Origin: Thermoproteota archaeon
GTDB lineage: Archaea > Korarchaeota > Korarchaeia > Korarchaeales > Korarchaeaceae
Direction of reading: 5' to 3'
Length of the DNA: 35,456 bases
Assembly (NCBI GenBank): GCA_015522685.1
Contig: WALU01000013.1
Span: 1 to 35,456 of the forward strand
The notes below the pieces were generated by a model that was given only the letters and a program-made list of their open reading frames with translations, was not told the DNA's origin and did no database searches. The position numbers and the translations under genes are program-made. The first letter of the stretch is position 1; each line of letters starts with the position of its first letter. Shown here piece by piece: positions 26,378 to 34,602 of this stretch.

Positions 26378-26857
26378 TCACCTAATCACTTTATCCCAAA
26401 CACCTGAATCTATATCTCTCTGAACCTCGCGGGGATCCTTACCTTCAACAGTTACACCCACAGAGAGAGCAGTCCCTAAAACCTGCTTAACTATCTCTTT
26501 AAGCTCTTTGGTATTGGCGTTATTGAGTTTCATCTTAGCTATCTTCACAATCTGATCTATTTTGAGATCACCGATCTTCTTAGAGGCTAGATCAGATGAA
26601 CCTTTATCTGCCTTCAATTCCCTAAGAATGAGCATCGAAGTGGGTGGGGTTCCGACCCTGACCTCGAATTGTTTCGTCTCTAGGTCTACCTCAATCTCCA
26701 CAGGGACTTTCATCTTCATATACTCCTTTGTCTTTGCATTTATCTCTTTCACAACTTGCCCCATATTAAGACCTAAGCCACCGAATGCAGGGCCTAGGGG
26801 TGGACCAGGAGTAGCTTTACCACCCTCTATCATAACCTTAACAACTTTCTTAGGCAC
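26378..26857 (-). CDS. rpl11: 50S ribosomal protein L11
   Basis: GGKATPGPPLGP, VGTPPTS, GTALSVGVTVEG; GTG 26857 after GGAGGTG. Confidence 0.96.
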   Translation of the reverse strand: MPKKVVKVMIEGGKATPGPPLGPAFGGLGLNMGQVVKEINAKTKEYMKMKVPVEIEVDLETKQFEVRVGTPPTSMLILRELKADKGSSDLASKKIGDLKIDQIVKIAKMKLNNANTKELKEIVKQVLGTALSVGVTVEGKDPREVQRDIDSGVWDKVIR

Positions 26858-27365
26858 TTCCGGCACCTCCTTCACTCTCTTCTTTCTTTTTCTTCTCAAT
26901 TAATTTCATATTTGTTGGAGGCATTTTTATCTCCCAGTCCCTATCTATATCCAAGAGTTTAAGGGATAGCATTTTTCCTTTACTACCTTCAGGGACCGAG
27001 AGAACTATAGCCCTATAGCCCTTAAAATTTCCTTTAATAATCTTCACTATATCACCTGGTTCTATCTCTATGCTAGTAGCTTCAGCTGCTAGAAGATTTT
27101 CTATCTCTTGAAGGGGAATTGGACTAGTAGATATGAATCTTACCTTAGATAAACCTCTAATTAGCCTCCTTACTTCATACTCTCTATCTGTTTCTATAAA
27201 TAGGTACCTCTTAAACCTTGGAATAAATAATATGGATTTTATCCTTGCTCCCGTAGAGGAAGCCCTAGCCATTAATAGCCTAATTACGTTTATTTCCTTC
27301 CCTGAGACTATTCTGACAGGAAAAAAGAGTGTATGAGCCTGTTGACTCTTCATTTTTCTAGACAC
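26850..27365 (-). CDS. spt5: Transcription elongation factor Spt5 (NusG)
   Basis: NGN domain (SGKE..V...YLFIE) and KOW (GDIVKIIKGNFKGYRAIV); lies between secE and rpl11. Confidence 0.9.
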   Translation of the reverse strand: MSRKMKSQQAHTLFFPVRIVSGKEINVIRLLMARASSTGARIKSILFIPRFKRYLFIETDREYEVRRLIRGLSKVRFISTSPIPLQEIENLLAAEATSIEIEPGDIVKIIKGNFKGYRAIVLSVPEGSKGKMLSLKLLDIDRDWEIKMPPTNMKLIEKKKKEESEGGAGSA

Positions 27366-27552
27366 CTACAAGGTAAAGCGCCGCTAGCTGTATGAGAAAC
27401 CCTATAACGCCAACTAAAAGGAAACCGAGGAGTGTTACTTTGAAAGTGTTCCAGATATCATCCCAGCTCGGTTTCTCAGCTACTTTTAATGTTTGGACCA
27501 TGTAGTCCCATAAACCACCTCTGGATCTCTTGTTTTTTTTCTGCCTTGGCAT
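27358..27552 (-). CDS. secE: Preprotein translocase SecE/Sec61-gamma
   Basis: LKVAEKPSWDD...TLLGFLLVGVIGFLI; conserved ftsZ-secE-spt5 order. Confidence 0.92.
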   Translation of the reverse strand: MPRQKKNKRSRGGLWDYMVQTLKVAEKPSWDDIWNTFKVTLLGFLLVGVIGFLIQLAALYLVGV

Positions 27553-27567
27553 GATTATCGCCTGCCC

Positions 27568-28770
27568 TCAAAGTTCATCTAGCCCTAGATCAGCTTCTGA
27601 GGATCTTACTTCTCTAGCTATTGGGATAGTTCTTCTTTCAGATACCCTCCTAGGCGTCGTGGCTCTCTCTATCCTAGCTTTAGTTGGCCTTTCACTAGCT
27701 ACTTCAGTTACCTCTCCTTGTAGGGCAGCTTCAACGCTAGGAGATGCTATTCCAGTTACAACCAGTAAGACTTGAGCTACGCCCTTTAGAGATTCATCTA
27801 TTCTAGCTCCCCAGATTACATTAGCTGATGCATCTAAGGATCCAACTATCGTCTCAACTATCTGCTCCATTTCCTCTAGTGAAAAGTCTGGACCAGATGT
27901 TATATTTATTATAGCAGCTTTACCTCCGGAAATATCAGCTTCTAGTAGAGGGTTACCTAAGGCATCTTCGACTGCCTCTATTGCTCTATTCTCACCATCG
28001 CTCTCACCAAATGAGAGAACTGCTGGTCCCCCATTCTCTAGAACGTTTCTTAGATCAGCTAAATCTACATTTATCAAGCCGGGCTTCATTACAAGCTCAA
28101 CTATCCCCTTTACCGCCCTAGCTACAATTTCATCTGATATAAAGAAGGCTTGATGTAAAGGGAGCTCCTTAGCTATATCTAGAATTCTATCATTATTTAC
28201 CACAACTATTGTATCAGAGGACTCAGCTAGCTTAGCTAGTCCTTTCGTGGCTATTTCTTTCTTTTTGTTCCCTTCAGCAGAAAAGGGTAGTGTGACAATA
28301 GACACTACTACCGCCCCTACCTTCTTTCCTACCTCGGCTATTATTGGAGAAGCTCCGGTTCCCGTTCCTCCTCCAAGACCAGCCATGAGGAAAAGAATAT
28401 CTGCTTCCTTTAGATATTGTTCCAACTCATCAACGCTTTCCTTCGCTGCCTCTTCTCCTATCTGGGGATCTCCTCCAGATCCATTTCCACCACATAGCTC
28501 CTTACCGAGTAAGATTTTCCTATCAGCTATTGTTGCGAGTAAGTGCTGGACATCTGTGTTAACAGCCACAGTTTCCACAGAATTTACTCCTATGGCATTG
28601 AGCCTAGTAATCGTATTGCTCCCAGCCCCTCCTATCCCCATAATTACTATCCTAGCTTTAACCTTCTCAACGAAATCTTTTAGAGCCGAATCTTCAGGCG
28701 ATACCTTCTGAGGAATCTCTCGTAGTTCCTCATTAACTCTTCGTGTGGCAGACCTAACTATGGACTTCAA
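27568..28770 (-). CDS. ftsZ: Cell division protein FtsZ1
   Basis: GIGGAGSN, AVNTD, AGLGGGTGTG, PGLINVDLAD, IWGARID; upstream of secE. Confidence 0.96.
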   Translation of the reverse strand: MKSIVRSATRRVNEELREIPQKVSPEDSALKDFVEKVKARIVIMGIGGAGSNTITRLNAIGVNSVETVAVNTDVQHLLATIADRKILLGKELCGGNGSGGDPQIGEEAAKESVDELEQYLKEADILFLMAGLGGGTGTGASPIIAEVGKKVGAVVVSIVTLPFSAEGNKKKEIATKGLAKLAESSDTIVVVNNDRILDIAKELPLHQAFFISDEIVARAVKGIVELVMKPGLINVDLADLRNVLENGGPAVLSFGESDGENRAIEAVEDALGNPLLEADISGGKAAIINITSGPDFSLEEMEQIVETIVGSLDASANVIWGARIDESLKGVAQVLLVVTGIASPSVEAALQGEVTEVASERPTKARIERATTPRRVSERRTIPIAREVRSSEADLGLDEL

Positions 28771-28823
28771 TATACATCCCCTTGTAGCTCCTGATTCCTC
28801 TCATTAGTGTAATATAATTTCCC

Positions 28824-28831
28824 TATTTAAA
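28824..28831 (-). promoter_or_regulatory. Putative TATA box of the ftsZ1 operon
   Basis: TTTAAATA on the minus strand ~54 nt upstream of the TTG start. Confidence 0.5.
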
Positions 28832-29033
28832 GTAAGGCGTATGTTTGACGATGTGTTCAAAAGCGATCGTTTTATTAAGAGTGATAGCCTAATTTTATTA
28901 ATTAATTTCCAGCAATTAACTTTTTATATAAAAGAATAATTGGATATTTAGTGATTATGGATTATAATGATAATAACCTATAGTAATTATATATCGATAA
29001 AGGTTATTAAAACTTTACAATATCTGTGTTTTC

Positions 29034-29106
29034 GGGCCCGTAGCTCAGATGGTAGAGCGTCGGCTTTGCAAGCCGGAGGTCCCGGGTTCAAATCCCGGCG
29101 GGTCCA
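29034..29106 (+). tRNA. tRNA-Ala(TGC)
   Basis: Acceptor GGGCCCG/CGGGTCC (G3:U70); TCGGC-TT TGC AA-GCCGG. Confidence 0.96.
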
Positions 29107-29188
29107 TAATACAATTAGATTAGAGCAGAAACTGGAAAATCAAATTAGATTAAAAGCTAGAGTTATTGTAGTACTACCACCAATTATG

Positions 29189-29261
29189 GGCCGGGGCCGG
29201 GATTTGAACCCGGGTTAAGGGCTCCACAGGCCCCTAGGTTACCAGGCTACCTCACCCCGGC
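29189..29261 (-). tRNA. tRNA-His(GTG)
   Basis: Acceptor GCCGGGG/CCCCGGC, C73; GGGGC-CT GTG GA-GCCCC. Confidence 0.95.
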
Positions 29262-29269
29262 AAAAGTGA

Positions 29270-29343
29270 TGCGGCCGCCGGGATTTGAACCCGGGTCTGG
29301 GGCGTGGCAGGCCCCTATCCTATCCAGGCTAGACTACGGCCGC
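29270..29343 (-). tRNA. tRNA-Gly(GCC)
   Basis: Acceptor GCGGCCG/CGGCCGC; GGGGC-CT GCC AC-GCCCC. Confidence 0.96.
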
Positions 29344-29741
29344 CAGCACTATAATCAGTGATCGTGTATTTAAGTGTTGGTTCCTATACTATTTGATTAT
29401 TATTCTAATATTAGCAGGATATTCTTTAAATAAAGTACTATATAATTTAAGAAATTATAATATATATATAAATTATGTAAAATTTCTCAGTCTAATGGCT
29501 CAGTTGCTGGAAATGGGATAGATGAGAGTTGGTATAGGAAGAGATATTAAGAGAGGTTGATGTAAATCTAAGAGGTCTTACCGAGGAAAGAGTAGTTTCA
29601 ATGGAGAAAGAGGAAGAGGTATGAAATCTCACTCATTCTCTTAAAGAATTAAAATTTATAATGTATCTCTACATAGAGATGTACTTCCTTCATTCATCTC
29701 CATGTTTATAACATATATGCATTACTTGGAGGTGTGGTTAG

Positions 29742-30074
29742 CTGAGGAGAAATAGAAGAAGAGAGAGAGACATAGCAAGACAGAGGATAATACGACTTCT
29801 TATGCTTGCTGATTCGATTTATATGAGAGAACCTGAGCTTGCTATAAAGTATGGAGAACTAGCGAGGAGAATAGCCCAAAGATCTAGGGTGAGGATACCA
29901 CGTGAATGGAGATGGAGGTATTGTAAGAAGTGCAAGATCCTTTTATATCCCGGGATAAATGCTCAAATCAGGTTAAGAGGTAGAAGACTCCCCCATATAG
30001 TCATCAAGTGTGAATTGTGCGGTGAAATTAGAAGAATGCCTTACTTGAGCGAGAGGGAGCGAAATGAGACCTGA
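29742..30074 (+). CDS. rnp4: RNase P protein component 4 (Rpp21); probable CTG start at 29742
   Basis: DIARQRIIRLL, LA..Y..LARRIA.R.RVRIP..W..RYCKKC..LYPG, CELCG.IRR.PY. Confidence 0.93.
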   Translation: MRRNRRRERDIARQRIIRLLMLADSIYMREPELAIKYGELARRIAQRSRVRIPREWRWRYCKKCKILLYPGINAQIRLRGRRLPHIVIKCELCGEIRRMPYLSERERNET

Positions 30075-30191
30075 AAAGAGTGAGGGTTTATATTATCTTA
30101 CTTTCTATTGGCATGTGTATTCACATTAAGGTTTTATATGCCACACGATTCTAGCTACTCTGAAGGTTTAGGGGAAGAGAGGGTGATGTGA

Positions 30192-30650
30192 ATGCCTACA
30201 GCCAGAGATATTCGCGCCGATATATTGATAGAACGCCTAAAGGATGAATTAAAGAAATACAAACCCATAAAACCGCCAGAATGGGCGGCCTACACAAAAA
30301 CAGGGGCTCATAAGGAAAGACCTCCATCACAGGAAGATTGGTGGTATATCAGATCAGCCTCGATACTTAGAACCCTCTACTTGAGAGGGGAAAAGCCTGT
30401 TGGAGTAGAGAGGCTTAGGGCTAAGTATGGTGGTAGAAAGGATAGAGGAGCTAAACCTGAGAGGTTTATCAAGGGAAGTGGTCATGTAATAAGGCTTATC
30501 CTTCAGCAACTTGAATCAGCAGGTTTTGTAGAGAAAGTGGAGAGGAAGGGTAGGAGAATTACCTCTAAGGGGTCCTCTCTACTAGATAAAATGGCTGCTA
30601 GCTTACTTAGAGAGCTAGAGATAATTCCTGGGAGAGTTGAGATCCCATGA
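30192..30650 (+). CDS. rps19e: 30S ribosomal protein S19e
   Basis: PPEWA..KTG.HKERPP..DWWYIRSAS, YGG, ILQQLE. Confidence 0.97.
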   Translation: MPTARDIRADILIERLKDELKKYKPIKPPEWAAYTKTGAHKERPPSQEDWWYIRSASILRTLYLRGEKPVGVERLRAKYGGRKDRGAKPERFIKGSGHVIRLILQQLESAGFVEKVERKGRRITSKGSSLLDKMAASLLRELEIIPGRVEIP

Positions 30651-30973
30651 GCTCCGAGGATAAATCATTAAAGGAGATACAGGAGAAGCTAATGGCTGAA
30701 ATGGCTGCTAAACAGAGTAAGGAAGAGGAGGCAGCCAAGGAGCTACAGAAAATAGATGCTATAGTCAAACAGTTTTTAACCAATGAAGCTTGGCAGAGGC
30801 TCAAGAGAGTAGAGCTAGTTAAGCCAGATTTAGCAAATGAGGTAAAGTTATATTTGGCTCAGCTTTACACCTCAGGTAGGTTGACTAGAAGATTAGGTGA
30901 TGAGGAGTTAAAGACGCTGCTAGCTCAGTTATCTGGGAGAGGTAGGAAGGATTTCAATATAAGAATAGTGTAG
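30647..30973 (+). CDS. PDCD5-family DNA-binding protein
   Basis: LTNEAWQRL.RVELVKPDLA..V..YL.QL...G; conserved position after rps19e. Confidence 0.92.
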   Translation: MSSEDKSLKEIQEKLMAEMAAKQSKEEEAAKELQKIDAIVKQFLTNEAWQRLKRVELVKPDLANEVKLYLAQLYTSGRLTRRLGDEELKTLLAQLSGRGRKDFNIRIV

Positions 30974-30983
30974 AGGTGATCTG

Positions 30984-31136
30984 ATGGCGGGCCATAGGCC
31001 ATTGGGAAGCAAGCTTAGGTATGCTAGGGCTCTTAGGAGTAATAGGAGGGTACCAGCTTGGGTTTATGCTAAGGCCAATAGAAGGGCCAGAACGAAGCCT
31101 CTGAGAAATTGGAGGAGGAGTAGGCTACAGCTTTAA
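30984..31136 (+). CDS. rpl39e: 50S ribosomal protein L39e (absent from the ORF track)
   Basis: Manual translation MAGHRPLGSKLRYARALRSNRRVPAWVYAKANRRARTKPLRNWRRSRLQL*; GAGGTGA SD. Confidence 0.95.
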   Translation: MAGHRPLGSKLRYARALRSNRRVPAWVYAKANRRARTKPLRNWRRSRLQL

Positions 31137-31144
31137 TTTAATGG

Positions 31145-31429
31145 ATGGTGATGAATATGCCTGAGGAGCAGGAGTTACTCTTCAATATCAATTTAGGTAT
31201 CCTAATAAAGGCAAAGTACCCCCCAAAGAAAAGAGCTGCCAGGGCCATGAAATTTGTGAAGACTTTTGTTAGAAGACATGCTAAAGTGCCTGAAGATTAT
31301 AGAATCAAAGTTAGACCCGAGCTTAACGAACTTTTATGGTCTCAAGGAGCTAATAATCCTCCTAATAAGCTGAGGGTTAGGGTAGCCTTAAATGAGGAAG
31401 ATGAGGAAGCTGTTATTTGGCCAGCTTAG
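31145..31429 (+). CDS. rpl31e: 50S ribosomal protein L31e
   Basis: KKRAARAMK.V..FV.RH.K, LNELLWSQG..NPP.KLRVRV; exact start uncertain. Confidence 0.93.
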   Translation: MVMNMPEEQELLFNINLGILIKAKYPPKKRAARAMKFVKTFVRRHAKVPEDYRIKVRPELNELLWSQGANNPPNKLRVRVALNEEDEEAVIWPA

Positions 31430-31437
31430 GGATTTAA

Positions 31438-32106
31438 ATGACTATATTTAAGGTAAAGCTATTTGGAAGCTCTAATCTAGGAGTTTACCTCAAGTCTATT
31501 GGCTCTTACCTCCTCGCTCCTGAAGGATCTACGGCAATAATATCGAGAGAAGTTGATGGGACTATGAATGTCATAGAAGCAAGCATATATGATAGCAGAA
31601 TGTTAGGGATACTCTTAGTCGGGAATAATAAGACTTTACTTGTTCCCCCTATAATATCGGAGAGCGATTTAAGAAAGTTAAGAGATGCTCTTGATCTAGA
31701 GGTTCATATATTACCCACAATGAAGCTTACAGCTCTTGGAAACGATATAGTAGCAAATGATTATGGGGCACTAGCTCACCCTTCCTTCAGTGATGGCGAG
31801 CTGGATCTTATAGGTAGGTTATTAGGCGTTAAGGCAAGTAAAGGCAAAGTTGGTGGTGTACCTGTAGTTGGGTCTCTTATAGTTGCCAACAACGAGGGTT
31901 GCCTCATTTCACCAGCAGCTGATGACTCAGAATTGAGAGGAGCATCAGAAGTACTTGGAGTGGAATGTCTGAGGGGTACTATTAACAATGGGATTGGGTA
32001 CGTGAGGTTAGGTCTAGTAGCAAGTGATCAGAGAGCTCTCGTTGGCTATTCAACTACGCCATTAGAGATTGAGAATGTAGCGGAAGCCCTTAAAATAAAA
32101 CCTTAA
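31438..32106 (+). CDS. eif6: Translation initiation factor aIF6
   Basis: GSSNLGVY, ALGNDIVANDYGAL.HP, VGSLIVAN, GTINNG, TTPLEI. Confidence 0.95.
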   Translation: MTIFKVKLFGSSNLGVYLKSIGSYLLAPEGSTAIISREVDGTMNVIEASIYDSRMLGILLVGNNKTLLVPPIISESDLRKLRDALDLEVHILPTMKLTALGNDIVANDYGALAHPSFSDGELDLIGRLLGVKASKGKVGGVPVVGSLIVANNEGCLISPAADDSELRGASEVLGVECLRGTINNGIGYVRLGLVASDQRALVGYSTTPLEIENVAEALKIKP

Positions 32107-32127
32107 GGTATTTCTAAGGTGTGATAT

Positions 32128-32526
32128 TTGAGCCAAGAAAGAGTTGTGGATCTGAATTTCCTTCAATCTCTGTACAAGTACCTGCTCGATGAGTATAATA
32201 GGTTAACATTAATCAAAACAGACTTGGAGAGGTCCATTGAGACCTTAAAAGCTATTCAGAAGGCTCAGGATGGAGAGATCGGTCCCCTCATAATACCTGT
32301 CTCTTCATTCTTATCTTTGATGATTGAGGGCGCTAAGGCTAAGGATATGCTTGTCCTCCTTGGTGGGAACATCTTTGCAAAGATGAATCCGGAAGAGGCC
32401 TTAAAACAAGCCCAAGGGAGATTAGAGGAGGTCAGTAAGAACCTATCGGAAGTAGGCCTGAACCTCACTAAAGTGCAGTTGGAGATGGAAAACCTCCAGA
32501 GGAGGACAGGAAAGCGTGCTAGGTAA
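32128..32526 (+). CDS. pfdA: Prefoldin alpha subunit
   Basis: Coiled coil, two beta-hairpins (LIIPV...MLVLLGGNIFA), coiled coil; lies upstream of ftsY. Confidence 0.85.
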   Translation: MSQERVVDLNFLQSLYKYLLDEYNRLTLIKTDLERSIETLKAIQKAQDGEIGPLIIPVSSFLSLMIEGAKAKDMLVLLGGNIFAKMNPEEALKQAQGRLEEVSKNLSEVGLNLTKVQLEMENLQRRTGKRAR

Positions 32527-33388
32527 ATTAGTTGATGAGCTAACCACTAAGGGGCTGATAAAGAAGAGATGGACTAGAAAATCTGTAATGGAAATATTTA
32601 ATTCATTGGAACTGGAGCTTGTTGCTCAAGGAGTCTCTCCTGCAATAATAGATAAGTTAAAGGAATCAGTATCAAAGAAGCTTGATGGTGTTGAAACTAA
32701 AGGAGATCCAAAGAAAGTAGTTCTCAAGATGATAAGAAAGGCCATTTTAGAGAAGCTTCCTCCAAAGATGACTCTCAATGACCTAAAGCCATTAGAATTC
32801 CCCTATAAAGTCGTTTTCTTTGGTTTTAATGGTGTAGGGAAATCCCTTAGCATAGTAAAAATGGCTAGGTACTTGCAAAAGAAGGGAGATAGAGTCTTAA
32901 TAGTCTCAGCTGATACATATAGAGCTGCTGCTGGAGATCAGCTTGAAGGTTATTGTAGAGCTGCTAATGTTCCCATGCTCAAGGGACCTCGTAGAGCTGA
33001 TCCTGCTGCTGTGGCTTATGATGGAGTTAATATGGCATCCTCTAAAGGATATAAGTTTGTCCTAGTAGATACGGCTGGTAGAAATTATCTTAATAAGAAC
33101 CTGAGCGAAGAGTTAAGAAAGGTAGTGAGGGTAATCCAGCCAAATCTTAAGGTGCTTGTACTGGATGGTATGGTAGGTAATGATGTACTTAACCAGTGCG
33201 ACTCATTCAACGAAGCTGTTGGGATAGATGCCTTGATAGTTACTAAAGTAGATGGATCTGGTTTATCCACTCCTTTAATATCATCTCTCTATTCAGGTAA
33301 GTCCATACTTTTCTTAGGAACCGGTCAAGACTTCAATAACATCTCGACATTCGATCCCGATAAGGCTATAGATTATATTCTTCAATGA
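32516..33388 (+). CDS. ftsY: SRP receptor FtsY (divergent NG domain)
   Basis: GFNGVGKS, ADTYRAAA..QL, DPAAVAYD, DTAGR, TKVD, GTGQ. Confidence 0.88.
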   Translation: MLGKLVDELTTKGLIKKRWTRKSVMEIFNSLELELVAQGVSPAIIDKLKESVSKKLDGVETKGDPKKVVLKMIRKAILEKLPPKMTLNDLKPLEFPYKVVFFGFNGVGKSLSIVKMARYLQKKGDRVLIVSADTYRAAAGDQLEGYCRAANVPMLKGPRRADPAAVAYDGVNMASSKGYKFVLVDTAGRNYLNKNLSEELRKVVRVIQPNLKVLVLDGMVGNDVLNQCDSFNEAVGIDALIVTKVDGSGLSTPLISSLYSGKSILFLGTGQDFNNISTFDPDKAIDYILQ

Positions 33389-33410
33389 TTCCTCATCTGC
33401 GGTGATTTGA

Positions 33411-34343
33411 ATGGCTTCGGTTATTAGGAGGCTTAAGGGCAGGGATTTCTTGACTCTCCTTGACTTCACACCTCTGGAATTCAAAGCCCTTTTAGAAAGA
33501 TCTAAAGAGCATAAGTGGGGTTTAGTTAAAAGCAATGTATTAAGGGGTAAATACGTCGCTGGCATATTTGAGAAGCCTTCTACTAGGACGAGGGTTTCCA
33601 TGTCCGTAGCAACATTTGATCTGGGGGGTGTATTTTTAGAGCTCCCAACATCAAGTCTTCAGGTATCTAGAGGAGAGACATTCAGGGATACGGCCCAAGT
33701 GCTCAGCAGATTTGTAAATGCTATCGCCGCTAGGGTTAAATCTCACTCTACCTTGGAGGAGTTAGCTAGGTGGGCCACAGTGCCTATAATAAACATGTTA
33801 AGCAATAAGTTCCATCCTCTACAGGCATTAACAGATGTCTTTACGATAATCGAGTTCTTTGGAAGTAAGAAGGTGAAGATTGTATTCTTAGGTGATGGCG
33901 CTACTAACACGAACCATAGCTTAATGATTGCATCGGCTCTAGCGGGGTACGATTACGTCGTCGGCGCCCCTAGGGATTATTGGCCGGATAAAGAGATAAT
34001 ATCTGAAGCAAAGAAGATAAATGAGCAAACTAAAGGCTCCCTGGAGGTTATAGAGGGTCCTATCGAAGCAGCAAAGGATGCTGATGTTGTGTACACGGAT
34101 ACTTGGTTTTCAATGGGTATTTCCGATATAGAGAAGAGAAAAGATCTCTTCCCTCCTTATCAAGTGAACAGCAACCTGCTATCCCACGCAGCCCCTCACG
34201 TCAAGGTAATGCACTGCCAGCCATGGTTCATAGGGCAGGAGATAACAGAAGAGGTAGCCTACGGCCCTCATTCTATAGCATTCGAGCAAGCAGAGAACAG
34301 ATTGCATACAGCAAAGGCCGTGCTGGAGGTATTATCCATATAA
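33411..34343 (+). CDS. argF: Ornithine carbamoyltransferase
   Basis: FEKPSTRTR, HPLQALTD, GDG.TN, YTDTW.SMG, MHCQP, QAENRLH. Confidence 0.88.
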   Translation: MASVIRRLKGRDFLTLLDFTPLEFKALLERSKEHKWGLVKSNVLRGKYVAGIFEKPSTRTRVSMSVATFDLGGVFLELPTSSLQVSRGETFRDTAQVLSRFVNAIAARVKSHSTLEELARWATVPIINMLSNKFHPLQALTDVFTIIEFFGSKKVKIVFLGDGATNTNHSLMIASALAGYDYVVGAPRDYWPDKEIISEAKKINEQTKGSLEVIEGPIEAAKDADVVYTDTWFSMGISDIEKRKDLFPPYQVNSNLLSHAAPHVKVMHCQPWFIGQEITEEVAYGPHSIAFEQAENRLHTAKAVLEVLSI

Positions 34344-34359
34344 ATCTTTCTCAGTCAAC

Positions 34360-34367
34360 TTTATATA
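34360..34367 (+). promoter_or_regulatory. Putative TATA box of the rRNA operon (TTTATATA)
   Basis: Consensus TATA ~240 nt upstream of 16S, followed by a structured leader. Confidence 0.6.
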
Positions 34368-34508
34368 GCTATATTACTAATGATCTGATTGGCCATGGTT
34401 AACTCGGTGGCGATTCTGAGAGATGAAGGGAGTGCCCTGATTGGGTGAGGAATCGTCTTTCCAACCGTGGCGACAGGAGTAGTATGTAAGTAATATAGAT
34501 GGTTATGT

Positions 34509-34540
34509 GAGTGTGAGGAAACATTAGATCCCTCACATTC
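34509..34540 (+). repeat. Inverted repeat (hairpin) in the pre-16S leader
   Basis: GAGTGTGAGG pairs with CCTCACATTC (10 bp, one G:U), 12-nt loop. Confidence 0.6.
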
Positions 34541-34602
34541 AAGAGAGTCCGGATGTCCTCATGAATGGTGGGTGCTTTTTAGAGATCTTGTGGCCGTATG
34601 TG

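Noticed and set aside
28247-28711. 154-aa plus-strand ORF and the other antisense ORFs (e.g. 10791..11069, 26562..26903, 12679..13008, 7186..7491, 1462..1725)
   Set aside because: Shadow frames of well-supported genes, with no motifs of their own.
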